NCBI GenBank assembly: GCA_963674785.1
Contig: OY771555.1
Span: 768,001 to 832,000 of the forward strand
Direction: 5' to 3'
Origin: Caldisericia bacterium
GTDB taxonomy: Bacteria; Caldisericota; Caldisericia; JAAYUI01
Length of the DNA stretch: 64,000 nt
Shown here: one piece after another, positions 31,416 to 40,547 of the stretch
Layout: every line of letters begins with the position of its first letter
How positions within the stretch are numbered: position 1 is the first letter of the stretch
Made by a program: the position numbers and the translations under genes
The notes under the pieces: model-generated
Seen by the model: the letters and a program-made list of their open reading frames with translations, nothing else
Told to the model about the DNA's origin: nothing
Databases searched by the model: none

Positions 31416-31727
31416 ATGGATAACAAAGACAAACCAGTGATGCCCGTAAGTGTCGCAGCCGAGATGATCGGCGTGTGTGACAGGACATTGCGTCTTTGGG
31501 AAAAACATGGATTAATCACACCTGAGCGTAACCCCGAAAATGATCGCAGAATGTACTCATTCTCCGATATTGAAAAGCTCAAATACATTAAACATCTGCT
31601 TGATACTGAAGGATTGAATATCAACGGTGTGAAGAAATTCTTGCGTTTTTTTGATAACTGTGTTTCAAAGGGATGCACAAAACTCGAAAAATGCGAGAAA
31701 TATATGTCCTGCGAGGAGGAAGAATAA
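31416..31727 (+). CDS. MerR-family (HspR-like) regulator with a C-terminal CX4CX5CX5C cluster
   Basis: VSVAAEMIGV..RTLRLWEKHGLITPER..RRMYSxxD..GLNINGVK; TAATG overlap with iscS. Confidence 0.85.
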   Translation: MDNKDKPVMPVSVAAEMIGVCDRTLRLWEKHGLITPERNPENDRRMYSFSDIEKLKYIKHLLDTEGLNINGVKKFLRFFDNCVSKGCTKLEKCEKYMSCEEEE

Positions 31728-32899
31728 TGGACACAATCTACCTTGACCACAACGCGACAACCCCGGTTGACCCAAAAGTTGTGGAGAAAATGATACCATA
31801 TTTTACAGGAGAGTTTGGAAATCCGTCTTCTGCCCACAAAAAGGGATACGAAGCATCAAAAGCAATTGAGATTGCAAGGGCAGAATTTGCAAAACTCATC
31901 GGTGCAGACCCTTCTGAGATAATCTTTACATCAGGTGGAACAGAGGCTGACAATATCGCAATTCGTGGGGTTTATTTCAAACTTGCACCTGAAAAAAACC
32001 ATATCATCACAACAAAAATCGAGCACCCCGCAGTTTTGCAGACTGTGCAGTATCTTGAAAAGCATCACGGTGCAGAGGTAACATACCTTGATGTTGACAC
32101 CGGCGGCAGAATAAATCTTGATGACCTTATCAGTTCCATCACAGAAAAAACCGCACTTGTCACAATTATGACAGCAAACAATGAAGTCGGCACAATCCAG
32201 CCTATAGAAGAGATTGGAAAAATCTGTGCTGAAAAAGGTGTTTTATTTCATACTGATGCTGTTCAGGCTGCAGGCAAGATGCCATTTGATGTGAATAAAC
32301 TTGGAATCTCACTTGCTGCCTTTTCTGCCCACAAGTTCTATGGACCAAAGGGTGTTGGTGCTCTTTACATCAAAAAAGGTGTCAGGCTTGACCCACAAAC
32401 TACTGGCGGAGGTCAGGAGAAAAAATTCAGACCAGGAACCCTCAACACTCCAGGAATTGTTGGAATGGGCGAAGCAGCAAGGCTTGCCAGAGAAAACCTT
32501 GATTCTCACACAGAACACGTGAAGGGTCTAAGGGACTATTTTGTCAGTAGATTAAAAGAAGAGATTCCACACCTTGTTTTTCATGGAGACCCTAAACATC
32601 AGCTTCCACAGGTTGCAAGTGTTGGATTTTCATTTGTCGAAGGTGAAAGCACTTTGATGTTCCTTGATATGGATGGAAATATCCAGGCATCATCAGGCTC
32701 GGCTTGCTCTGCCGGTGACCTTCACGCATCACATGTTTTGCTTGCAATGGGTGTAAGCCACGCATCAGCAAATGGAACAATCAGATTTTCATTTGGAAAA
32801 GATAACACAAAAGAACAAGTGGATAAGGTTATGGAGGTGCTTCCTCCAATAATAACCAGACTCAGAAAAATGTCGCCACTTGCCCCAAAGGAGGAATAA
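31727..32899 (+). CDS. iscS: Cysteine desulfurase (IscS/NifS)
   Basis: YLDHNATT, FTSGGTEADN, HTDAVQ, SAHKFYGPKG and catalytic SSGSAC. Confidence 0.95.
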   Translation: MDTIYLDHNATTPVDPKVVEKMIPYFTGEFGNPSSAHKKGYEASKAIEIARAEFAKLIGADPSEIIFTSGGTEADNIAIRGVYFKLAPEKNHIITTKIEHPAVLQTVQYLEKHHGAEVTYLDVDTGGRINLDDLISSITEKTALVTIMTANNEVGTIQPIEEIGKICAEKGVLFHTDAVQAAGKMPFDVNKLGISLAAFSAHKFYGPKGVGALYIKKGVRLDPQTTGGGQEKKFRPGTLNTPGIVGMGEAARLARENLDSHTEHVKGLRDYFVSRLKEEIPHLVFHGDPKHQLPQVASVGFSFVEGESTLMFLDMDGNIQASSGSACSAGDLHASHVLLAMGVSHASANGTIRFSFGKDNTKEQVDKVMEVLPPIITRLRKMSPLAPKEE

Positions 32900-32901
32900 T
32901 T

Positions 32902-33324
32902 ATGCCACAATACTCAGAAACGGTAATGGATCACTTTAGAAACCCAAGAAATGTTGGGGAGATTGAAAATGCAGATGGAAAAGGAATGATTGGCAATGCC
33001 GTCTGTGGTGACCAGATGCTCTTCAACATAAAAGTCGATGAAAAGGGAATCATAACTGATGTAAAATATAAGACATTCGGTTGTGGTGCAGCAATTGCTG
33101 TATCATCCATGATTTCAGAGATGGCCATCGGAAAACACATTGATGAGGCGCTTGATATCACTACAAAACAGGTTGCAGAAGAGCTTGGTGGGCTTCCAGC
33201 AAACAAAATGCACTGCTCAAACCTTGGAAGTGCAGCACTTGCAAGAGCAATCAATGACTACAAAAAGAAAAATGGACTTCCTTATGAAGAGGTAGCAGAC
33301 CCGGAGGAAGAACACGAACACTAA
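32902..33324 (+). CDS. iscU: Fe-S cluster scaffold protein IscU/NifU-N
   Basis: YSETVMDHFRNPRNVG, CGD, KTFGCGAAIA and LPANKMHCS. Confidence 0.95.
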   Translation: MPQYSETVMDHFRNPRNVGEIENADGKGMIGNAVCGDQMLFNIKVDEKGIITDVKYKTFGCGAAIAVSSMISEMAIGKHIDEALDITTKQVAEELGGLPANKMHCSNLGSAALARAINDYKKKNGLPYEEVADPEEEHEH

Positions 33325-33332
33325 AACACTCA

Positions 33333-33440
33333 CGTCATTCCCGCGCCCCTCTACATCATTCCCGTGCCCCTCTACGTCATTCCCGGCTTGACCGGGAATC
33401 CCCTTCCCACGTCATCCCGCACTTGATGCGGGATCCAGGG
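33333..33440 (+). repeat. CGTC palindrome array: two 21-bp half-copies and two full copies
   Basis: Tags at 33333, 33354, 33375 (ATTCCCGG-CTTGA-CCGGGAAT) and 33410 (ATCCCGCA-CTTGA-TGCGGGAT-CCAGG). Confidence 0.9.
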
Positions 33441-33557
33441 TTGCTTCTGTTTCCTGACTTACTTAAAGATTAACTCTTGATACTGGGCGAGCAACGTCTC
33501 CAGACTTAAAAATTAGGCCTAAAAATCTTAGCAGTTTTTAATATAGAAATTTTTTAT

Positions 33558-33591
33558 AACCCACAGGGTTCTCTCATCCTGTGGGTTTTTT
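33558..33591 (+). terminator. Rho-independent terminator
   Basis: aacccacagg..cctgtgggtt followed by a T-run. Confidence 0.7.
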
Positions 33592-33656
33592 GGTGGACTC
33601 TTCTTATAAAAACTTCATGTTTTGTTATTTTTAATTTCTAGCATACAATATCATTA

Positions 33657-33917
33657 ATGAATGGCATCGACAGAAAATTCTGGCTAGCGTTTAAAAATGA
33701 AGAAAAAGACAAATCATTTATGCATCTTCACCTAACGCGAAAGAACGGAAAACTAAGATTTTGTGTGGGAGAAGCTACATTATTGATATGGTTTTTTGGT
33801 GCGCTGCTAGCAATTATCATATAACTTTTGGTTTATATCAATGACAACATGAACCAGATGATTGAGCGACTACATAATGAGGTGATAAATAGTGTTGATA
33901 ACAATAACGGGATTTAA
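33657..33917 (+). pseudogene. Small single-pass membrane protein ORF (~86 codons) interrupted by an in-frame TAA
   Basis: The hydrophobic stretch LLIWFFGALLAIII*LLVYI continues across TAA 33822-33824; TACAAT lies 7 nt before the ATG. Confidence 0.45.
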
Positions 33918-33961
33918 TAACCAAAAACTTTTTATGGGTGTCTAATATTTAAAGGAGAGAA

Positions 33962-35395
33962 ATGAGAAATAGATTAACGACATTATCTGTTTTGGTAGTT
34001 ACGAGTTTGGTTTTATATTTTGCTTTATCGGGATTTATATGTGAAATTCCATTTAACCCGCAGGAGGCAAATGCAGGGATTACTTCCTGCACCATAAGTA
34101 TCAAAAACCTCGATATGAAAATGGACTCTTTTGGGTTTCCACATATTTGTTACCTTGATAAGGCTGATAATGACAAAATTGGTATTTTTTATCTCAAATG
34201 GAATGGAAGGAATTGGAAAACTCTTACTGGGAAGAATCTAACGGATTTAGAAAATCTTGAGCCTATACAAACATTTACAGATATAAGATTCCTCAATTTT
34301 GACTTAGACACTGCAAACAAGCCTCATTTCGCCTGGTTTGATGGTGATAGATCTATAATATATTCAAAATGGGTCAAGAATGAGCTATCAAGTGACCCAG
34401 CAAATTCTATAGATATTTCAGTCAAAAATCCTGATGGGGAGGCCAGAGAGTTAAGAGAATTGTCATTTTCTCTTGATAATCACGGGATTCCTTATATTGC
34501 TTGGGTTGAATCAACTGCAATTGATAACATCTTTCTTCTAAAAAAAGTTAATCGCTCATGGATTGGTTATGAGGGAAGCACACCAAAGAACTTGTTGCCA
34601 TTATTTGTGAGGGAAAACCTTTGGGAGGAGAGGGATTTTAGAATCTCAGACATTGAGATTCATTTTGATTGTCTCAATCATCTTTTTCTCTTCTATTTGG
34701 ATGATCACATCCCAGCATACATTAAGATTTTTGGTGACGAACTGTTTTTTCCGATTCAATTCCTAAGTAGAAATACTGACTATGAGTACGAAGATGAGGT
34801 TATCTCAAGAGATTCAAAACTTGCATGTGCAATCAATCAAGTTGGAAACCCACATGTAATGTATGAAGCACAGACAAGGTATGAACCGACATTGTTCAAT
34901 ATGATGATTTTAATTGTGGATAATGGAAAAGATTTTATAAGCCCAAACCCGAGTGACCCCATTTTGCAAGAAAATGAAAACCAGATAATGAACACTTTCT
35001 ACACCACAAAATTCAAAGATGGTGAGGTTTTTGAGGATGAGATCGCCAAAATATCAGATATTGCTACTGATAATCATGGAACTACTCACATTGTTTGGAG
35101 TAAAAGGGGTTTGGATTCTGGTAGAATTCCTGAGATTGGATATGCAAAAACAAAGGGGGAGCAAGTGGTTTGTTTTGATGGAAGCAAATGGGACTCAAAG
35201 AAGGTTAACATTTCAAAATCAAAAACAACAATCTCTATAAACCCAAAGATAGAACTTGATAAGGCTGGATATCCAAACATATGTTGGATTGAAAAACCAA
35301 AAAATGCGAGACTTAGTTCGAGTGAAAAATACAGAAGCACCTTATGCTTCATGAGATGGAATGGCAAGGGTTGGGTTGTCCTTTCAGGAAAATAG
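33962..35395 (+). CDS. Secreted DxxGxPHxxW beta-propeller repeat protein
   Basis: SD aaggag; N-terminal hydrophobic segment; repeats DSFGFPHICY, DNHGIPYIAW and YLKWNGRNW. Confidence 0.78.
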   Translation: MRNRLTTLSVLVVTSLVLYFALSGFICEIPFNPQEANAGITSCTISIKNLDMKMDSFGFPHICYLDKADNDKIGIFYLKWNGRNWKTLTGKNLTDLENLEPIQTFTDIRFLNFDLDTANKPHFAWFDGDRSIIYSKWVKNELSSDPANSIDISVKNPDGEARELRELSFSLDNHGIPYIAWVESTAIDNIFLLKKVNRSWIGYEGSTPKNLLPLFVRENLWEERDFRISDIEIHFDCLNHLFLFYLDDHIPAYIKIFGDELFFPIQFLSRNTDYEYEDEVISRDSKLACAINQVGNPHVMYEAQTRYEPTLFNMMILIVDNGKDFISPNPSDPILQENENQIMNTFYTTKFKDGEVFEDEIAKISDIATDNHGTTHIVWSKRGLDSGRIPEIGYAKTKGEQVVCFDGSKWDSKKVNISKSKTTISINPKIELDKAGYPNICWIEKPKNARLSSSEKYRSTLCFMRWNGKGWVVLSGK

Positions 35396-35450
35396 CAATC
35401 CAACTCATTGAAAACATCCAAAAACAATATAGAATAACTCTGGTGAAAAA

Positions 35451-37040
35451 ATGGGGAAAATAAAAAGAATAACTATATTGGTGATTGTTTTTGTAGTATT
35501 AGTCATGCCGATTTCTTTGAGGGAAGACAGTTTTGCAATGAAGATGGCGAAATTGACACCAGGCAATGCAAACATCACACACAACAAACTCAACCAGGGA
35601 GAGTATTCATTTGCACTTGACAGCAAAGGTTTCCCACATGTTGTCTGGATAAATGGGATTCCTGAAAACATGGAAGAATACCTGACTGTAAGATACATCA
35701 GGTGGGATGGAGAAAACTGGGTTTGTATTGATGGCAGCCCATATGTCCCCGGTATCTCTGAGGAAAATGACAGGTCAATTGTAAATAATATTGAGAAAAA
35801 CTGTATTGACCCACAGATAGTTATTGATGCGGATGATAATCCACATCTGACTTGGGCTGAGCCTTGTAAAAACCTGGAACTGGAAACTTATACGTGGAAT
35901 ATTATCTATGTAAAGGGGTTTGGCAACCAATGGGTTTGTATGGATGGAAGTATCTTTGACCCCGATGATATGACAACTGATAATCCATCTGTTGTAAGTG
36001 TCCATAATGAAATAGCCTTTGAACCCAGATTAAAAATTGATAATGAAGGTAACCCACATATCCTATGGAAAAGTTATGGAGATTTTGATAAAGAATACAC
36101 ACATTTCCCTGTCGGTTTGATGTATGTTAAACAAAAGAAATCGAGATGGGTTACAGTAAATGGAGAAGAATACAAAAGCCCAAATGTTGTCGCTGGAAAT
36201 CCTGCTGTTGTCTGTGTTGGATTGTATTCGTCATATTGGCTTGATGTTGACCACCATTTTTGTCTGGATAGCAAAAACAGACCACATATCTGCTGGGATA
36301 ACGGGTTGCCACAAAAGGAATGTAAGGATGGATACTGCTATTATACCTGGGTTCCAGATGTGTTTTATTCACACTGGGATGGAAAAGATTGGGTTGATGC
36401 TGGAGGCATCAAATATGATAAAAGCAGTACTGAAAGGGGGAACGTGAGCAAGAATGATACCCCTTCATGTAGCCCGTTCGTAACACTTGATGAAGATGAT
36501 AACGCCCATCTTGTTTGGTATGATTATGTTTCTGAGGGCAGAATAGTTATTGCTTATGCGAAATGGAACGGGAAAAAATGGGTAACCACAATCAATACAA
36601 AATTCAGTGGGAATAACCTTTTTGATGGAAGTCCATCTGTAATTGACAAAACAAAATATTCAAAAAAACCTAGTCTATGCATCGATTCTACAAATAATCC
36701 TGTGGTTTCATGGGTTGGAAAAAACGAAGAAGAATCATATGAGGATTTTTATCTGATCAGATGGAATGGAAAAAAATGGGAAGATATCAACAGAGAAATA
36801 TATGAAAAAAATGATTTAACATCAGATCCATCAAACATCAGCAGAAGTTACAACATTCAACTTGAGACAAATTTCTGTCTCGATCAAAGTGATAATCCTC
36901 ATTGCCTCTGGCTCGAGGGTGCTTCTTCCAAGTCTAGTAGTTGCTATGGGATTTACGGGGATCTCTACTACATCCGCTGGGATGGAGAGAATTGGGTGAA
37001 TGCGTCTGGAGATGTTTATGAGCCGGTGGTTGAGGAATAG
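35451..37040 (+). CDS. Secreted DxxxxPHxxW beta-propeller repeat protein, paralog of 27630..29141
   Basis: Signal peptide; seven repeats such as DSKGFPHVVW..YIRWDGENWVCIDG. Confidence 0.8.
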   Translation: MGKIKRITILVIVFVVLVMPISLREDSFAMKMAKLTPGNANITHNKLNQGEYSFALDSKGFPHVVWINGIPENMEEYLTVRYIRWDGENWVCIDGSPYVPGISEENDRSIVNNIEKNCIDPQIVIDADDNPHLTWAEPCKNLELETYTWNIIYVKGFGNQWVCMDGSIFDPDDMTTDNPSVVSVHNEIAFEPRLKIDNEGNPHILWKSYGDFDKEYTHFPVGLMYVKQKKSRWVTVNGEEYKSPNVVAGNPAVVCVGLYSSYWLDVDHHFCLDSKNRPHICWDNGLPQKECKDGYCYYTWVPDVFYSHWDGKDWVDAGGIKYDKSSTERGNVSKNDTPSCSPFVTLDEDDNAHLVWYDYVSEGRIVIAYAKWNGKKWVTTINTKFSGNNLFDGSPSVIDKTKYSKKPSLCIDSTNNPVVSWVGKNEEESYEDFYLIRWNGKKWEDINREIYEKNDLTSDPSNISRSYNIQLETNFCLDQSDNPHCLWLEGASSKSSSCYGIYGDLYYIRWDGENWVNASGDVYEPVVEE

Positions 37041-37058
37041 AGAAGCTTATATCTTTCC

Positions 37059-37230
37059 CGTCACACCGCACCCTCTCTCCGTCACCCCGGGCGAAGACCC
37101 GGGGTCTAGGGTATAAAAGATCGTATTTGTTTTTGTCTGGTGAAGTAGTCCCTCTCTCAGTAAAAATTATTGAATAAATAATTCATACATCAAGAGTAAC
37201 CCTGGATTTCGGGTCAAGCCCGGAATGACA
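37059..37230 (+). mobile_element. ~150-bp MITE/REPIN-like element (copy 1, 37080-37230) plus a half-copy at 37059
   Basis: Inverted CGTC palindromes at both ends; interior similar to 39142-39291 and to the reverse complement of 61745-61893. Confidence 0.75.
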
Positions 37231-37320
37231 AAGGGTGTGGGATTGCATTCCTGTAAAACTTTTTTGAAACAAAACCCCCATCTCTTCTGTAATACTAGCA
37301 TACCATTTACTGGAGGAGAG

Positions 37321-38621
37321 ATGAGAAACAAACTGGGGATTACTCTTGTGCTTGTTTTATGTGTTGTGGCTGGGTTTTTTGTGGGGTGTGATATCGAAGA
37401 AACATCCCAAGTAAAAGATGTGAAAATGATTGTGGCTAAGTTCAATCGAGTTGGTTACGACAGATATGGAAGACCGCTTTCGGGAGATAATACTAACACG
37501 ATTAATGGTGTATTAGCCAATGATGAGATAAACAAATATGATAAATCCACGACAAAGGATGGTCACTATCCAATAGCAATTATTGACGAAAACGGAAACA
37601 TCTATTTTGTTGATGAAAAGGACACAACAACTTTTTGGGGAAAGGTCGAAGACACCTTTTTATACAGAAAATTCAAAGAAAAATCTTTTTGGGGAGAGGG
37701 TGTTGTAAGGATAAACACCTTAGATAAACCATGGATCAAGAATGGTCGATATATCCAAGGAGTATTTCATCACAAAATTGTAGATTCAGTTGAAAACTCC
37801 GAGTGGATAGAGGTTGAAAATCCAAATAATGAGTTAATATTCGTATTTATGAACCGGAAGAAAACTCGACAGATGAGGAGCAAGAAGGTGGAATCTTCTT
37901 CCCTTGGCAAAAGGATGGAGAAGAAATCTGGGGAAGAGCAGATGGGGAAGAGTCTTCAAAAATTGAACTCAAAGATGGCATATTCTTCCCTTGGCAGAAT
38001 GATGGCGAATCCTTGTGGCATGAGGAGGGTGATGACAAGAAATCCTCAAAGATTGAAAAATATATCGCAACAAGGTTCGCACCAGTCGGATATAGTTCGA
38101 GTGACATGGAACAATATCCAGATAAAGAAAGGACATTTGAAGCGGGAGGGACATATACGGGTTTTGGTCGAAGTGTTTCTGTTCCTCCTTATAATTTGAT
38201 TTTTAGAGATAAAAACTTCAACCATATCATAAAGAACTCCAAAGGTGATGTTTTCTGGACTGAACCAAAACAAGTACACATATCACCTGAGGAAGAGCTC
38301 TATTGGGTGACCTTTGAAATTGATAGAAACAAAAGAGACCACGTCACAGAAATTCATTCATTTCAAAATGTTGATAAGCAGTTAGAATTTTTTATTGCTG
38401 GTATCAGATGTATCATCTACCCAAGAGATTCGTATGGAGAGAAAGAACATCCACCTTTTATTACAGAAATAAGCAAAGAAACTGCAAATGAATGTAACTT
38501 TGCCTCAATCAATATTGAATATATTGAATCATTTGAGATCGATGGGGGCACTATTAAATTTAAGGAGTGTTTCTCAACTGGTGACATGACACCATTTCCA
38601 TCCTTTTATAAGGTTGATTAG
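37321..38621 (+). pseudogene. Lipoprotein related to the N-terminal domain of the giant surface protein; frameshift near 37833
   Basis: SD ggagg; lipobox FVGC; KFNRVGYDRYGRPL. A second frame opens at 37833 (VNIRIYEPEE..FPWQKDGEEIWGR) and runs into ORF 38013..38621. A sequencing error is possible. Confidence 0.7.
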
Positions 38622-38629
38622 AGATTGCT

Positions 38630-39013
38630 ATGAAGTGGTATAAAAATAGACAAAACATTTTGCTTTTGCTGGTTGCTTTGATTCTTCTTACCTCTGGATT
38701 ATTTACAGCTCATGAAAATCAAGATAATGATGATGCAGTTTTTGTCACTGTGAGATGGGCGCAAAACGGTAAAATCTGGAATGGAGACCAGATATTATAT
38801 CCTGATCCACGGGGCGATCCGTGGTCCCAGGAGAATAAATCAGGTGTAAAGCCTGTGGAACCGATTATTTTTGAGGAAACAGATCACAAAGTTGAGATAA
38901 ATGGAGTAATGTTTTCATTTTGGGAGGATGAGAATGGCTATATGTGGTTCAGAAAAGCAAGCCAAATGTACCCGACTCACGAACACCAGGATTCCAAATC
39001 AAGCCCGGAATAA
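38630..39013 (+). CDS. Small exported protein related to the giant-protein N-domain; stop codon lies inside a CGTC repeat
   Basis: Hydrophobic N-terminus; VRWAQNGKIWNG and EDENGYMWF; TAA 39011-13 falls within the repeat at 38986-39015. Confidence 0.6.
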   Translation: MKWYKNRQNILLLLVALILLTSGLFTAHENQDNDDAVFVTVRWAQNGKIWNGDQILYPDPRGDPWSQENKSGVKPVEPIIFEETDHKVEINGVMFSFWEDENGYMWFRKASQMYPTHEHQDSKSSPE

Positions 39014-39370
39014 CGGGTTTAAAAACCCTCCCTGACAGGGAGGGATGGTGACGAAGTCACCAGGGAGGGTTAAAAGATTTTCTGAGAACCAGGTCTTTCC
39101 TGTTCCCCGCACACTCTCTCTGTCGCCCCACACCCTCCCTCCGTCACCCCGGGCGAAGACCCGGGGTCTAGGGCACAAAAAAGCGTATTTGTTTTTGTCT
39201 GGTAAAATGATTTGACCAACATCAATAATTGCTGAATAAAAATTCATACATCAAAAGCAACCCTGGATTCCCGATCAAGTCGGGAATGACGAGGGATGGG
39301 ATTCCGGGTCACACTTCGGCACGTAGGTAAACTCAGTGTAAACCGAGCTCAGTGACCGCCCGGAATGATG
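38986..39370. repeat. Composite repeat cluster: CGTC copy, 60-bp CCCTCCCT double-hairpin element, 150-bp element (copy 2, 39142-39291), and a CGTC copy with a 46-bp loop insertion
   Basis: Read directly from the sequence; the module order is mirrored in inverted orientation at 61708-62010. Confidence 0.85.
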
Positions 39371-39432
39371 GATCGGGAGTTTAACATGATATTATCGTGT
39401 GGATAAATGGGGTGGAAAAATGTCGCAATTCT

Positions 39433-40431
39433 TTACGTATTCACCTCAGTTGGATAATATCTCATTTCAGCGTATGTGTGTTTGAAACCCATTCTCTCAT
39501 AGAGCCTTTTTGCGGGGTTGTTTTCCTCAACATGCAAGTAAACATCACCCTTTGTTATCTCAAGGGCATGATTCATTATTTGTTGTCCGATGCCTGCACC
39601 TCTCTCTGAACTATCAACACCAATAAAAAGAAGGCAATAACCGGGGATGTAGTTTTTCATTCCAGTTGCAAGCATGACAAGTGCACCAACAATCTGCCCA
39701 TCATTTTTAGCTAAGATTATGAACCCACCCTTGTCAGGTTTTCCAGTTAATGAATCCTTGATTCCCTGTTTGGTATAATCAGTCGAATCATCAAATGGTT
39801 CCATGTGTTCACAAAGAAATTTTGCAAGCTCATCAGAAGAGATATGTTTTTCGAGTTGAGAAAGTGATTCCACCTTAACAAGCTCAATATCAGTTTTCTC
39901 TGGTCTTAAAACCCTGTTTATGTCTGTTTCTGGTGTTGGTTCGGGTTCCGTGATATCACCGGTTGCAATGATTGGAGCAGCCCTAATATCCTCTGCTTCA
40001 ATCAAATTGTTCATCCGTTGAAATGAAGCCAAAATCATATTTTTTTGCCATTCATCAACGCTTTTTAGTTCTTCAAGCAAAATGTTTTGTAAAAGTGCAG
40101 GGTTGTTAGAAAGAATCTCATATCCAGCCTCTGCCAGTGAAACGATTCTGTCAGATTCAAGCTCTGACCCTTCCTCTATTTTTAAGATATCAATCCGGAC
40201 TAATCTGTCTATAATTTCTCTGACAACCTTTTTCGAAAGATCAAGCCGATTGCCGATAACTGATTCCTTCAAGGTTTCTTCATTTTTCAGCTCTTGCAAT
40301 ACAACAAGCTGAGCAACAGTTACTCCGTGCTTTTCTGCCAGTTTTGTTGAGTGTTTATCAACTGCCCGAATGAATCTTCGGATCTCAATTAATAAATCTG
40401 TTTCCTGGTCGTCGATGGATTCAATGCTCAT
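39433..40431 (-). CDS. MarR-type HTH fused to a GNAT N-acetyltransferase
   Basis: IRRFIRAVDKHSTKL..GVTVAQLVVL (MarR/EctR-like); IGVDSSERGAGIG and LHVEENNPAKRLYERMGF (GNAT). Confidence 0.85.
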   Translation of the reverse strand: MSIESIDDQETDLLIEIRRFIRAVDKHSTKLAEKHGVTVAQLVVLQELKNEETLKESVIGNRLDLSKKVVREIIDRLVRIDILKIEEGSELESDRIVSLAEAGYEILSNNPALLQNILLEELKSVDEWQKNMILASFQRMNNLIEAEDIRAAPIIATGDITEPEPTPETDINRVLRPEKTDIELVKVESLSQLEKHISSDELAKFLCEHMEPFDDSTDYTKQGIKDSLTGKPDKGGFIILAKNDGQIVGALVMLATGMKNYIPGYCLLFIGVDSSERGAGIGQQIMNHALEITKGDVYLHVEENNPAKRLYERMGFKHTYAEMRYYPTEVNT

Positions 40432-40547
40432 AGTAAGTCCCCCTAACTACGGGATCACATTGTAACACATTAAAAACACTGTTTATTAAACTATCTTAAA
40501 TTCAATATTTTTTGGGGTTGTGGGTCTTGCCAGCACCATTCTCCCAT

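Noticed and set aside
37225-38199. 324-aa ORF as listed in the track
   Set aside because: The listed start is inside a repeat (the real start is 37321 with an SD), and the basic tail after ~37833 is out of frame; the alternative frame carries the conserved motifs.
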